Origin: a virus
Virus record (IMG/VR): IMGVR_UViG_3300021478_000002
Span: 6,798-70,797 of that record
Strand: one strand, 5' to 3'
Length of the DNA stretch: 64,000 nt
In this document: in pieces, positions 19,001 to 28,135 of the stretch
Layout of the letters: every line of letters starts with the position of its first letter
How positions within the stretch are numbered: position 1 is the stretch's first letter
The notes under the pieces: generated by a model
Databases searched by the model: none
The model's input: the letters and a program-made list of their open reading frames with translations, nothing else
What the model was told of the DNA's origin: nothing
Translations under genes and position numbers: made by a program

Positions 19001-19682
19001 TGCCAATGTCACGATTACCGCATCGGGCGCGCAGGCGACGTTCAGCAGCAACCAGATTCAGATGATACAAGGTGCCGCGACCGTGACGATCACCGCCGCC
19101 TCGCTCAAACTTTCCAACGGCACCAGCAGCGTGGAAGTCACCTCCAGTAACGTCACGATTACCAACGGAAGCCTGACCGCTGCAACGATTAACGGCGGCT
19201 CGCTGACCATCACGACCAGTCAGGGAATCGTCTCAATCACTCCCTCAACGAGCGGCGTCCAGGTGTCGGGCAACGGAGGAGTCGATCTCACTCACCTTGG
19301 CTCCAGTGTCATTTCGATTTACACCGGGTCACCAACCTACGGCTCTGAATTGTCGCCAACCACGCTGCTTGTGGGGCGGTTCGGCACCAGCCCTATTCTC
19401 ACTATTGGTCTAAATGCGAATGACGGCTCGATGAAGATCGGCAACAAGACTGTGATTGACGCGAACCAAGTGTGGCGGGAAAGCGTGCAGTGTACCGACC
19501 ATATTTTCGGCAATGATTTTGGGATCTCTGGCGTTGCCGTAGGGTGGCCGCAGACCTCGACGTCCGCAGGTAATCCAGGCGGCCCAGGCCCAGGCGCTGC
19601 TCAGGGGGCTGTATATAGCTTCGCCACCGGGGCAGGCAAAACCGTTTATGTTTGCGGCGGTCTTATCCTCAACGTAGTGTAG
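16062..19682 (+). CDS. Tail/receptor-binding protein with C-terminal beta-repeat region
   Basis: 1206 aa; internal duplication (EVGTRY/EVGPKY); Ser/Thr/Ile/Asn beta repeats. Confidence 0.7.
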   Translation: MSTDYTVKITDRLLRFDTTNDDVLLTLLPFKQTPNAPYEIHRISKGDGHTVTIRVDPSTTDFLLPDRSTTILLTDANPTAMIRIPADGASPAFVAQGGGSGGGGGGGTDTIIGPVTGFTSAGEVGTRYASDPDRLVHLTIGFVPISPVPQPITYFVSADDGAHWTWIGSQRMQATGQQLLVDRLAPGATSTWMMAAVAGNLGGDPSPILDANLSTLYAGVVRSSSFPVLGLTAPAASTGITATIGTQQNVVSADGFTQYGVITGVSYNGGIVGMVYTDPVGTSNFFVRITSQILDSSRNSLAAEAPHGGTLITGGSHSEPPHLITYVPGLAFVRYRFYLANRNSQGGGDFSDASTNTLQMVSYNSAAPADHYDVPITIPPFTPINPDTAFNVTSVTASEVGPKYQDTQQGLHTTIGVVPVIDHDYSSPRTVTIWFDFGTGNPVWQGWYSLSNQGQVVRIGDSTLGTDGVRKSGNIWVPANAGQGNWICYCGAGHLDNGTNPNAYKSCNFTVVPVAPCLPNGVTNAQFLPNPATSDPIDYSKYDPGIWFWEYYCLTFQPPTLAFDPNYWFTLVTIQKGGIIGGVWTQAPDSEGINADPHLNFLGRVHAEINQLPGVSGGQISILKKFGANPATWNIPPAQNEDLTPNPYRTFRFWLYNVSRLGTDTSGSGGAGTYTLQTSCWPGGADHFDLTPVPKNSSLDFRAANPATITAPLTGGNGQPLTIPPYDAGSGTGGIGVGYLGPQSVHAINMAKDSITAANQALAASSVVDPNLVSMGINKVTYGTSIFAGDVVLSRGISLPVIILKNTGIFLYGQADASTGASGLLSKPYVGIQNNAIGLFQGGTGTASNSGPGTGGSVFLDAANAAITIYSTNGDITKPYLTVNSAGIMIVNGVNSFAVNSNAMVFLDTGNKNRIDINSAGITLSNKINADGTIPTTANQLVMLSTGLQFTIAQVAQITVHQTNGITLSNGGTSSVVVTNANVTITASGAQATFSSNQIQMIQGAATVTITAASLKLSNGTSSVEVTSSNVTITNGSLTAATINGGSLTITTSQGIVSITPSTSGVQVSGNGGVDLTHLGSSVISIYTGSPTYGSELSPTTLLVGRFGTSPILTIGLNANDGSMKIGNKTVIDANQVWRESVQCTDHIFGNDFGISGVAVGWPQTSTSAGNPGGPGPGAAQGAVYSFATGAGKTVYVCGGLILNVV

Positions 19683-19686
19683 AAAA

Positions 19687-19893
19687 ATGCTTATGGAAAA
19701 CCTACAGAACGAATATCAACTCACATCCGACGAACAGGGACTGGTCAAACCCCTGATCGAAAACATTGAGGCAATGCAACGCGAAACCCAGGCCATCCTC
19801 CGTGCGATCACGCGCCTGCGCGCTCTGGAAGGCAACTGGAATTTGGTCGGCGATAAACTGGTCCGCATGCAGTCCCCCAACGGGAACGGGTAA
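19687..19893 (+). CDS. Small coiled-coil protein, possible fibre chaperone
   Basis: 68 aa between two tail genes. Confidence 0.55.
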   Translation: MLMENLQNEYQLTSDEQGLVKPLIENIEAMQRETQAILRAITRLRALEGNWNLVGDKLVRMQSPNGNG

Positions 19894-19899
19894 AACACT

Positions 19900-22719
19900 A
19901 TGGCCTCCACCGTCTTCGCAACCGTCACCACTCCTGGGCCTGCTGGCCCGACCGGCCCTCCCGGCTACAGTCCGCAGTTCATCGTCCAGGCTGGCGCTCC
20001 CACGGTCGGCTTGGGGCAGAACGGGGACATGTTTATCGACAGCAGCACCGGGAATGTGTGGGGGCCGAAGGCGAATAACGCGTGGCCAAGCGTGCCCGCC
20101 TGCAACATCAAAGGCCCGACTGGTGCCACGGGCGCTGCTGGCTATTCGCCGCAGTATATCGTCGCGGCGGGCGCTCCCGCACCTGCCACCGGCCAGAACG
20201 GCGACATGTACATCGACAGCAGCACAAGTAATGTGTTCGGCCCAAAGACCGGCGGAGCGTGGGGAGGCGTGGTCTGCAATATCAAGGGGGCCACGGGCGC
20301 GACCGGCCCCCAAGGCCCTCCTGGCGTCGGCTACAACCCGAAGGGCGCGTGGTCGTCGGCGACGACGTATGTGCAGGGGGATGAGGTTACCAGCGTCAAC
20401 CTGCTCTACATCTCCCTGCAGGGCGGCAACCTCAACAACGTCCCGGCCAGCTCTCCGACATGGTGGCAGCTTGTGGGCAGCGGAACCTCGCAAACGCCGT
20501 GGACGAGTGATATCGATGGCGGCACGCACACGCTCTTTAACGTCGGGAAAATCGCCGTCGGCAATCCCGGTACGGTGCTGCCCGATGCCGACACCGCGAA
20601 TGTTCACGTGATGGTCGGACCCTCCGTGGCCGGGTCGGCTTACGGAGAGATGCATCTCATTGCCAATGCGTCAAGCGGGGCAGTGGGCAGCTTCAATTTT
20701 GCCAATCTCGCCAACACCGGCACTGAGAAGCGCATCGGCGCAATTGCCGTGTACACCGATGGGGCTATCAATTCAGGATCTATGGCGTTCTACACCTGGA
20801 ATACAGGGGCAGTCGCCGAAGCAGCGCGCATCTCATCGCAATCCAACGTCGGCATTGGCCTAGCCCCAACCAATACCGCGCGCGTGGACGTACTCGCGCA
20901 GGGTGCCATCGGCATCCGCCTGAAGGCCGTCACCGGCAACAACGTGCAGCTCCGGTTCGCCGGTAGTGGAGCGACGGGCGATATATGGGCAGTGGGCTCC
21001 GATATCCTCGCGGGAAACGGCGGCAAGGACTTTACGATTGACGACTTGGCGGCTGGCCCGCGCTTCGTGATCCTGCCATCCGGCAATTGCGGCATTGGCC
21101 TGACCGCCCCGGCCCAGAGGCTCGACGTCGGGGGAACGATAGGATTCACGACTTATTTGTACGGCGATAGCAAACTGGCACTCCAGACGAACGATGCGTT
21201 TCTCCGCATCAATGCCTCTGGAAGTTTTACATCGGGTATCTGGGTCGGTGCCAGCCCCTTCTACATGAACTCCGGGGCGCTGCATCTCGGCAGCCAGGGA
21301 GGCACTGGCTCTATCAATATTTCCGCCACTGCCGCAGATGCAGGCAATAGGGTCCAAATCGACGGGAACGCCAACGGCATCACCTTCTTCAACACCAAGG
21401 GAAATTTCGGAATCAACACACCATCACCGACAGGAGTGCTTACCGTAATCCCTGCGAGCAATCCGAATTCAGTCGCGACCGCAACTCAAATCCAGATCGG
21501 GGAAGCCAGCGACAACGGTGCCTATCGCCTCAGCCTGGGCTTCGGCGTCCTCTCAAGTACGTGGTGCGGAATCATTCAGAATACCGCTGGCGGCGCTGCT
21601 GGATATCTCATGATCAATCCCAGCGGCGGCCTCGTCGGGATCGGCGGCGGCACGACCCTTCCCATTTTCAATTTGCAGGTGATCGGCAATCTCGGCGTGA
21701 CTCAGAGCGCGAACCTTCACATCACGTTGGGGATTGCTCCCGGCGGTGTCGCGACGGCTACCGGCATCACTGCGGGCGGCTTGTATTATGACACCGGGAA
21801 TAACTGCCTCCGCCTCGAAACGCTGAGTGCCAATGTCGCATGGCGACCCCTGGTCATCAACTACTCTGGCGGCAACGTGGGCATCGGAGCTAATCTGGCT
21901 CCTGTCTATACGCTTGACGTGACTGGAAGCTGCCGCGCCACATCCGGCTTCGCCACCAGCAGCAAATACAACGTGTTCGGCGGTCCCGTTGGCAGTGCGA
22001 CGGCTCCCGCTCCCACCGACGCGAATCTGGTTCTGTATAACAACAGCGGCGGGAACTGGGCCGGGATCGGCAGCGACAGCGCCGGAAACATGTGGTTCCG
22101 AACGGGCACATCGGGAACGCCGAATCCGGCCCTGATGATCTACGCCAACCCGCAGAATCGGGTGGGCGTCAACCAGCTCACCCCAAGCTACGCTCTCGAC
22201 GTCACAGGTGACATCAACGCCACAGGAAATTTCAGGCTCAACGGCGCTGTGTTCCAAGGCGGCGGCTTGGCAGGCGTCCAGACCAACGGTGGTGGCAACA
22301 CAACTGGTACGTTCACTTGGATCAATTTTTGCTCTTCCTCGCCCATCATCGTTCAAAATCTCGGTGTCAGCGGGCCGAACAATAACACGATATCGATCAG
22401 TTACGGGTATTCTTCCGATCTGAGGCTCAAGCAGAATGTCGTACCGCTTGAAGGTGGCCTTTCCGTGATCATGCAACTGAAACCAGTGCGCGGTGAGTGG
22501 AACGGTCTTGCCAGCACCAACGAGGGAGAGCCGATCGTTTCGGTAATCGCACAGGATCTGCAAGCCGTCATACCCGATGCCATCCATCCATTCCCGGCGA
22601 GGTTGCAGCCGGAGGATACAGAACTCACCGACATCTTAGGATTTGATCCGATGGCAATCGTCGCGCATTTGATTCTAGCCGTTCAGCAACTGAATCAACA
22701 GTTGAATCCCCCGGCGTAG
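19900..22719 (+). CDS. Tail fibre with collagen-like repeats, CBM5/12-like module and C-terminal peptidase S74 chaperone
   Basis: GPTG repeats; WSSATTYVQGDEV...PTWW; repeated GNVGIG...P...LDV.G; SDLRLKQNV. Confidence 0.88.
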   Translation: MASTVFATVTTPGPAGPTGPPGYSPQFIVQAGAPTVGLGQNGDMFIDSSTGNVWGPKANNAWPSVPACNIKGPTGATGAAGYSPQYIVAAGAPAPATGQNGDMYIDSSTSNVFGPKTGGAWGGVVCNIKGATGATGPQGPPGVGYNPKGAWSSATTYVQGDEVTSVNLLYISLQGGNLNNVPASSPTWWQLVGSGTSQTPWTSDIDGGTHTLFNVGKIAVGNPGTVLPDADTANVHVMVGPSVAGSAYGEMHLIANASSGAVGSFNFANLANTGTEKRIGAIAVYTDGAINSGSMAFYTWNTGAVAEAARISSQSNVGIGLAPTNTARVDVLAQGAIGIRLKAVTGNNVQLRFAGSGATGDIWAVGSDILAGNGGKDFTIDDLAAGPRFVILPSGNCGIGLTAPAQRLDVGGTIGFTTYLYGDSKLALQTNDAFLRINASGSFTSGIWVGASPFYMNSGALHLGSQGGTGSINISATAADAGNRVQIDGNANGITFFNTKGNFGINTPSPTGVLTVIPASNPNSVATATQIQIGEASDNGAYRLSLGFGVLSSTWCGIIQNTAGGAAGYLMINPSGGLVGIGGGTTLPIFNLQVIGNLGVTQSANLHITLGIAPGGVATATGITAGGLYYDTGNNCLRLETLSANVAWRPLVINYSGGNVGIGANLAPVYTLDVTGSCRATSGFATSSKYNVFGGPVGSATAPAPTDANLVLYNNSGGNWAGIGSDSAGNMWFRTGTSGTPNPALMIYANPQNRVGVNQLTPSYALDVTGDINATGNFRLNGAVFQGGGLAGVQTNGGGNTTGTFTWINFCSSSPIIVQNLGVSGPNNNTISISYGYSSDLRLKQNVVPLEGGLSVIMQLKPVRGEWNGLASTNEGEPIVSVIAQDLQAVIPDAIHPFPARLQPEDTELTDILGFDPMAIVAHLILAVQQLNQQLNPPA

Positions 22720-22723
22720 CCCG

Positions 22724-23014
22724 TCATCCGTTGTCGTTGCGCTTCATCTCCCGCTGCGCCTTCCGCAGATTGCTCTCGAAGCGTTCGGCGAACTGCGTAA
22801 AGCTGATGGGAAAGACGGGTAGCAGTCTGTAGATAGTATCGAGCGTGGGCAGATGGCGTCCGCGCTCCAGCCCGCCCATATACCCCCGGTCAACTCCTGA
22901 TTCCAGCGCCAACATTTCCTGTGCCATTCCCTTGGTGCGGCGAAGCTCGATTATGGTCATGGCAAATGCCTTCCGTAGTAGCTCACGGTCAGGCCCTTTC
23001 GCTCCTGCCCTCAT
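22724..23014 (-). CDS. XRE-family HTH transcriptional regulator
   Basis: LRRTKGMAQEMLALESGVDRGYMGGLERGRHLPTLDTI. Confidence 0.9.
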   Translation of the reverse strand: MRAGAKGPDRELLRKAFAMTIIELRRTKGMAQEMLALESGVDRGYMGGLERGRHLPTLDTIYRLLPVFPISFTQFAERFESNLRKAQREMKRNDNG

Positions 23015-23080
23015 GCTTGATGGTTACATTCCCACCGGATTGAGAGCCACGCGATAAAGCTCCACGTGATAAATAATACT

Positions 23081-24178
23081 TCAGCGGTCACCTTCCGGCG
23101 CAGCGCCCGGCGCGATGATGAACCTCCTGCGGCTGCGCTGGATCGTCTCGAAGGGAGTCTCGCCGTGGAACTCCCGCTGGTAATGATCGGCAAAGCGCCC
23201 GGCATTGCTGAATCCGCATTCGTGGGCGATGGAGATGACCGTATCGTGGGGCTGAGGGTTCTCCAATCGGTTGTGCGCGCAGTGCAGCCGCATGCGCCGC
23301 ACGATCATCTCCGGTGTCATGTCGCGGATGCGGTGGCAGGCCTCCCGCAGGGTTCGCGCGCCGACACCAGTCGCACGCGCCAGATCTCCGACCGTGATGG
23401 GTTGGCGAATGTGCGCTTCAATGTATTCTTCCATCATGGCGACGTGCCGCCGGGCAGGCCCGCCGAAGTGGTGTCCGAGCAGCGGCAGATAGTTGTTTTG
23501 CGTTTGCTCGATCAGCGCGCCAACCAATTTGCGCTGAAACTCTTGGCCGAGCAGAGGATACTTTTCGAAGACGCCGCCGTCGCGCTCCAGTTCGTCCAGG
23601 AGATAATCAATTCTCTGCCCGAGATAGGTGGAAGGCCACAAACCCATCGACCCGATGATTTCGAGTGGTTGATGGACCGGCTCTCCGATCAAAAGCTCTG
23701 CTTCCCGTTTTACTATTGCGGCTGGCAGCGCTATCGTCACTGAGGACGTGGTGCCCACCCATCGCGGCAATTTATTCGCGGCATGTTGCCCCGGCATCGC
23801 CAGATACCCGGAGCCAGCCGTGAAGAGGTGTTCGCGGTTGTCGGCCCGGCGCTCGATGCCACCTCTTTCCACACGCGCCAAGCTATAGTCTGCGGTTACC
23901 AAGTCAATCGATAACCCGTCAGTTACTTCTACTGCATTGATTGTGAGTAACTCCAATTTGGCCGTATGAACGGTGAAGTGAAATTTCTCGTGTCCCTTCA
24001 ACAAGTCGATCTGGCGGCCCAATAAGCGGGCAGCGGATGCAAAGAACTCTTCCACATCTTCGGTATCGAAACGCAGGTGTCGCGCCAGTCGCAACATTCT
24101 CCTCCCATGGTGGGCATCCCCTATACGAAATCGGCGGGCGAGGCCGCCGTTTCTGTCCATGGAGGACGAAAACGGCAT
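23081..24178 (-). CDS. AraC-family transcriptional regulator
   Basis: EEYIEAHIRQPITVGDLARATGVGARTL...IAHECGFSNAGRFADHYQREF.GETP; N-terminal ligand-binding-like domain; start uncertain. Confidence 0.92.
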   Translation of the reverse strand: MPFSSSMDRNGGLARRFRIGDAHHGRRMLRLARHLRFDTEDVEEFFASAARLLGRQIDLLKGHEKFHFTVHTAKLELLTINAVEVTDGLSIDLVTADYSLARVERGGIERRADNREHLFTAGSGYLAMPGQHAANKLPRWVGTTSSVTIALPAAIVKREAELLIGEPVHQPLEIIGSMGLWPSTYLGQRIDYLLDELERDGGVFEKYPLLGQEFQRKLVGALIEQTQNNYLPLLGHHFGGPARRHVAMMEEYIEAHIRQPITVGDLARATGVGARTLREACHRIRDMTPEMIVRRMRLHCAHNRLENPQPHDTVISIAHECGFSNAGRFADHYQREFHGETPFETIQRSRRRFIIAPGAAPEGDR

Positions 24179-24412
24179 AGCCGACTGCCGTTACTGTCAC
24201 CGGTTGTTAATAAATTTTGGAGTCGCTATACAGATGTCATTGACCGCCGTATACTGCTCGCAATTCCTCCCCCGAAACACTGCGTAAAACTAGGCGTGCG
24301 TAAACAGCACGAAGGAGTGTTTTAAATGGACGTTTCAATTCCGCAGAATGTAACGGTTACGGGGAATTCAATCTCCCCGCCCCTTCCGTGATCCGCGCGG
24401 CTTTCGCGCGGG

Positions 24413-24467
24413 TTTGGCACCACTTTGGCACCGCTTTGGCACCGCTTTCGCACCAATAAGGCACATA
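24413..24467. repeat. Five tandem 11-bp repeats (TTTGGCACCRC consensus) in divergent control region
   Basis: tttggcaccac tttggcaccgc tttggcaccgc tttcgcaccaa taaggcacata. Confidence 0.8.
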
Positions 24468-24620
24468 TTTTCAACAATTTAGGGCTTGACACGAGAATTG
24501 GCTGGCGGTAGTATTCGAGTTGCGCGGAAGCGGCGCACAGCGAGTTTTCTCGGCGAGGGCCAAACAAAATAATAGGGTCAATTCATACAGGATATCTGTG
24601 TGCCTAGGAGACTTTCGTAT

Positions 24621-24911
24621 ATGAAAACACAGTGGGAAGCCTTTACCGTTCGCCTCAATTTGCAGATGCGAACGGACATCAAGGACGCCATGGAAGAGCT
24701 GCGGGCGAGGCGGCACCGGGCCGAGGGTGGATACGTAAGCCTGGGTCGTGTCTATGCCGAAGCCGCGCTGCTGCTGCTGGAGAGCGAGGGCATCAGCATC
24801 GCGACGGACGAATCCGGCAAGGCGCGCAAACCACTGGCGCTGCCAGCCCCGAAACCCGCGAAGTCGGATACCCGGCGGAAGCGCGGCGCAATCGCGGTGC
24901 GGGCATCATGA
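24621..24911 (+). CDS. Putative ribbon-helix-helix DNA-binding protein (Cro position)
   Basis: First rightward gene; TVRLNLQMRTDIKDAMEEL...SLGRVYAEAA; AGGAG RBS. Confidence 0.55.
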   Translation: MKTQWEAFTVRLNLQMRTDIKDAMEELRARRHRAEGGYVSLGRVYAEAALLLLESEGISIATDESGKARKPLALPAPKPAKSDTRRKRGAIAVRAS

Positions 24912-25093
24912 GCCAAGAGTCCCTGTTGGGCAACCACTATCTGTGCGACCTCTGCTCTCGCCAGCGCCCTGGAGAGCCGCGCGAGGTGGGTTGTAAGTGG
25001 CTCGACGGCTTCTTCGTTTGCGTGGAGTGTTTCAATCTCTACTGCCGCGAGCTGATGGCCGCCGGAAGGAAAGTGTATGTCTCACGAGCTTGA
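24908..25093 (+). CDS. Small Zn-finger protein
   Basis: CDLC...CVEC; ATGA coupling. Confidence 0.55.
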   Translation: MSQESLLGNHYLCDLCSRQRPGEPREVGCKWLDGFFVCVECFNLYCRELMAAGRKVYVSRA

Positions 25094-26075
25094 TCTGGAA
25101 GCCAGGAAGGATGCTTACGGAGCCAGTGAGCTGGGCGCGTTCCACGGCGTTGATCCGTACTACAGCCTTCTCGATAAATATCTCCGAGATGTGGAGGGCG
25201 TTGTCTACCCACCCACCAAACAGATGCAATACGGCAAGCTCTTCGAGGAGGCCATCTTTAACGTTGCCTGCCTGGAGACCGGCAAGCAATTCCGGCCTTC
25301 CTTCAACAGAACATATCGGCACCCGGAGTTCCCGAAATACCGCTTGGTGGCCACGCCCGATGGGCTCTGGCCGGAGGACGATCCGAACGAAGGCGGCGTG
25401 GAGTGCAAGTCTCTAAACCCGCACCAGTGGCACCAATATGGGCCCACCGTCGATGACATTCCGCCGCGTGTGGAGTTGCAGGCGCGCGGCAATATGGCAG
25501 TCTTGCAAAGGCCGCGATGGACCGTCGCTGTCTGGTGCGGCGACCGGCTTCTGCTCTACACGGTCGAGCGCGATCTGGAATTCGAGGTCTTCATCCTGGA
25601 GCACGCCGAACGGGAATACCGGCGCTACTTCGACGCCAGGGAGCGCCCGCCTATCGACGGCAGTAAGAACGCTTCGGCGTGGCTACAGCGGAAATGGCCC
25701 ACGCATAAGCGCCCCGATCTGCGCGTGGCTACCGACGCAGAGATCGAGCAGCTCCGGCGATACGGCAGACTGCGCGCCGACCAGAAGGAGTTGGCCAGGG
25801 AGCGCGCCAAGCTCGAAAACGAAATCAAGGATGCCATCAAAGACCGCGAGGGATTGGTGTGGGAGGGTGGCCGGTTTACGTGGCGGCGCACCAAGGATTC
25901 GACCTTTGTTGACTGGGAGTCGATGGCGATAGGCCTGCGAACCTTCTACATCAAAGATGAAGACGCGCGCGTGAAATTGACCGAAGACTACACGCACACG
26001 AAGCCGGGATCACGCCGCATCTATTTCGCGTCGGACGAATTCATTGAGACCGAGGAGGCCGCCGATGCAGCCTGA
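25077..26075 (+). CDS. YqaJ-like (lambda Exo/RecE-type) exonuclease
   Basis: GASE...DPY.S...GKLFE...ATPDG...ECKS; next to RecT. Confidence 0.9.
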   Translation: MSHELDLEARKDAYGASELGAFHGVDPYYSLLDKYLRDVEGVVYPPTKQMQYGKLFEEAIFNVACLETGKQFRPSFNRTYRHPEFPKYRLVATPDGLWPEDDPNEGGVECKSLNPHQWHQYGPTVDDIPPRVELQARGNMAVLQRPRWTVAVWCGDRLLLYTVERDLEFEVFILEHAEREYRRYFDARERPPIDGSKNASAWLQRKWPTHKRPDLRVATDAEIEQLRRYGRLRADQKELARERAKLENEIKDAIKDREGLVWEGGRFTWRRTKDSTFVDWESMAIGLRTFYIKDEDARVKLTEDYTHTKPGSRRIYFASDEFIETEEAADAA

Positions 26076-26349
26076 CTTGTTCAGCCCGGCCCATGACGGA
26101 TCGGGGGTAACGGAGCCGGATCAGGTGCCGGTTGTTGAGCGCCTGGGCAACGAGGTCGCGGCGCTGCGCAAGATCATTGCGGACTTGCTGAAGCATGTGG
26201 GCCAGCCCGCCGTCTGCAGGGGCCCGCAATGCCAGCAGGGTATTTTCATGGTCTTCCACAGATCGGGCAAGTTGACGCCGTACAACGCGGACGGCACCAA
26301 TCATTTTGGAACGTGCATTGATCGCGAACTATTCAGGAAGGAGAAGTGA
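26065..26349 (+). CDS. Hypothetical protein (Cys/His motif)
   Basis: CRGPQC...HFGTC; GAGGAGG RBS. Confidence 0.6.
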   Translation: MQPDLFSPAHDGSGVTEPDQVPVVERLGNEVAALRKIIADLLKHVGQPAVCRGPQCQQGIFMVFHRSGKLTPYNADGTNHFGTCIDRELFRKEK

Positions 26350-27314
26350 GCATGGCGGAAGATCCAAAACCAACGAGCGAACAACTGCCGGTAGATGACA
26401 CCGATATCGACAAGGCCGCTGTGGTCGAGCAAGCCGTCCAGAGTATTGCCAAGCAGCCGAAGCCCAGGACCGTTCGCGATTTGATCCAGGGGACGGAGTT
26501 CAAGAACGCGCTGCGAGCGGTTCTGCCGCGCGCGATGCGGCCCGACCGGTTCGTGCGCGTGGCACTCACCGCCATGATGCGGACACCAGATCTGGCGGAG
26601 TGCTCCAGGGAGAGCCTGTTCAAGGCGCTGCTCGATCTGTCGAGTTACGGCCTGGAACCGGACGGGCGGCGCGCGCACCTGATTCCATTTCGCAATAGCA
26701 AGATGTGCGCGTGCGGCCACGAAATGGACGCGCATCGCGGGCAGGAGTGCTCGAAGTGCGACTGCCGCCAGCGGCGCACGCTGATCGAATGCACGTTGAT
26801 CATCGACTACAAGGGTCTTGCCGAGCTGGTGCGCCGGTCGGGCGACGTGAGCTACATCCACGCGGACGTGGTCTACGGCAACGACGAATGGAGCTATTCC
26901 TTCGGCACTGGCGCGCACTTGAAGCACACGCCCAGCGCCAAGGATCGCGGCACCGAGAAGATCGCCTACTACAGCTATGTGCGCCTGAAGGACGGGTCCG
27001 AGGATTTCGTGGTTATGAACCCGGCGGAGGTAGAGAAGATTCGCAAGCGCAGTAAGTCTCCTGACAAGGGCCCGTGGGTCACCGACTACGACGAAATGGG
27101 CAAGAAGACCGCGTTCCGGCGGCACAGCAAATGGCTGCCGCTCTCGCCGGAAGTACGCGGTGCCATCGAGCAGGAGGACACCGAGGCGGTGGATATCTCT
27201 GGCTGGGAGGAACTCGTTGAAGAGCCGAAGGAAGGCCTGCCTCCGGCGCGGCCCACCCTGAAAGACAGGCTCATGCCGGGTAAGGAACAGCCCAAGGCGG
27301 AGGCCGGGAAATGA
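26346..27314 (+). CDS. recT: RecT-family single-strand annealing protein
   Basis: RFVRVALT...L.ECSRES...GLEPD...AHLIPF...IDYKGLAELVRRSG...PWVTDYDEMGKKT. Confidence 0.93.
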   Translation: MSMAEDPKPTSEQLPVDDTDIDKAAVVEQAVQSIAKQPKPRTVRDLIQGTEFKNALRAVLPRAMRPDRFVRVALTAMMRTPDLAECSRESLFKALLDLSSYGLEPDGRRAHLIPFRNSKMCACGHEMDAHRGQECSKCDCRQRRTLIECTLIIDYKGLAELVRRSGDVSYIHADVVYGNDEWSYSFGTGAHLKHTPSAKDRGTEKIAYYSYVRLKDGSEDFVVMNPAEVEKIRKRSKSPDKGPWVTDYDEMGKKTAFRRHSKWLPLSPEVRGAIEQEDTEAVDISGWEELVEEPKEGLPPARPTLKDRLMPGKEQPKAEAGK

Positions 27315-27610
27315 GGTGGCCGTGGGAGCACCGGCCAGCACTGACCACGGCGCAGCTCGCCGTGGAGAACCTGCTGACGCAGTTGACGAAGCTGCCGGTC
27401 GGGCAGTCCATCGTGCTCATGGATCGTGCGGGCGATGGCTTTGGCGGCCTCGTGGTGAAGCGCCATTCGCGGCACACGTTGGTCTTCCAACGCAGCGGCT
27501 TTCAGGGACACTCGCGCTGGGCTGACCGGCCCGATGAGGCGCGGGAAGAGATCGCAGCGTACATCAACACCGGCAAGCTGCACGAGCCCGACAACATTAA
27601 GGGGTTTTGA
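27311..27610 (+). CDS. Hypothetical protein
   Basis: ATGA coupling. Confidence 0.55.
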   Translation: MRWPWEHRPALTTAQLAVENLLTQLTKLPVGQSIVLMDRAGDGFGGLVVKRHSRHTLVFQRSGFQGHSRWADRPDEAREEIAAYINTGKLHEPDNIKGF

Positions 27611-27877
27611 ATGGAAATCTCGCCGCTGGTTCTCGCGAACTTGAATCGCTGGATCTCGCACGGTGTCAATCCGGGGCACTTCTTGACCGCAGTGTTGATG
27701 AACGACCTGCGCGAGGCCGTGGTGCGCGCCGACGATGACAACCTCCGCGCGCTGCCGGAGATTGTGAATTGGGTTCGCAGGAACGCGCCCATCGGCTGCT
27801 GGGGCAGCCCGCAGGCCGTGAACCGCTGGAGGATGTCGCGGCGGCGCGCAGTCCACGAGCCGCAGATCAAGGGGTAA
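27611..27877 (+). CDS. Conserved phage hypothetical protein
   Basis: PGHFLTAVLMNDL.EAV.RAD...CWGS motif I recognise from phage small proteins. Confidence 0.65.
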   Translation: MEISPLVLANLNRWISHGVNPGHFLTAVLMNDLREAVVRADDDNLRALPEIVNWVRRNAPIGCWGSPQAVNRWRMSRRRAVHEPQIKG

Positions 27878-27880
27878 AGC

Positions 27881-28135
27881 ATGGGACGCAACGATTGGGT
27901 GGAGTCGGACGGCAGGATTATGCCCAGCACCATTTTCGAACCAACGCGCGAGCAGATCCGGTCTGCTGCCTGTAAGTTGTGCGGGGATAGTGGCGTCCTG
28001 ATCGAGTGCATTGACGAGGAGCGCTACAACGTCACGGTGCCGTGCTGGAAGTGCCAGGAATATTGCAGGATTTGCGACAAGCATGTAGCGAAGACCGGGC
28101 ACAAGTGCGTGCCGAAGAAGGAGAAGAAGCCATGA
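27881..28135 (+). CDS. Small Cys-rich protein
   Basis: Three CxxC motifs. Confidence 0.55.
   Translation: MGRNDWVESDGRIMPSTIFEPTREQIRSAACKLCGDSGVLIECIDEERYNVTVPCWKCQEYCRICDKHVAKTGHKCVPKKEKKP

Noticed and set aside
19900-22719. Diversity-generating retroelement or invertible fibre cassette
   Set aside because: No reverse transcriptase or invertase; the fibre repeats I compared differ at mixed, largely synonymous positions rather than only at adenines
24436-24451. Sigma54 promoter (TGGCAC-N5-TTGC)
   Set aside because: The -12 position reads TCGC or TGGC, and TGGCAC is explained by the 11-bp repeat
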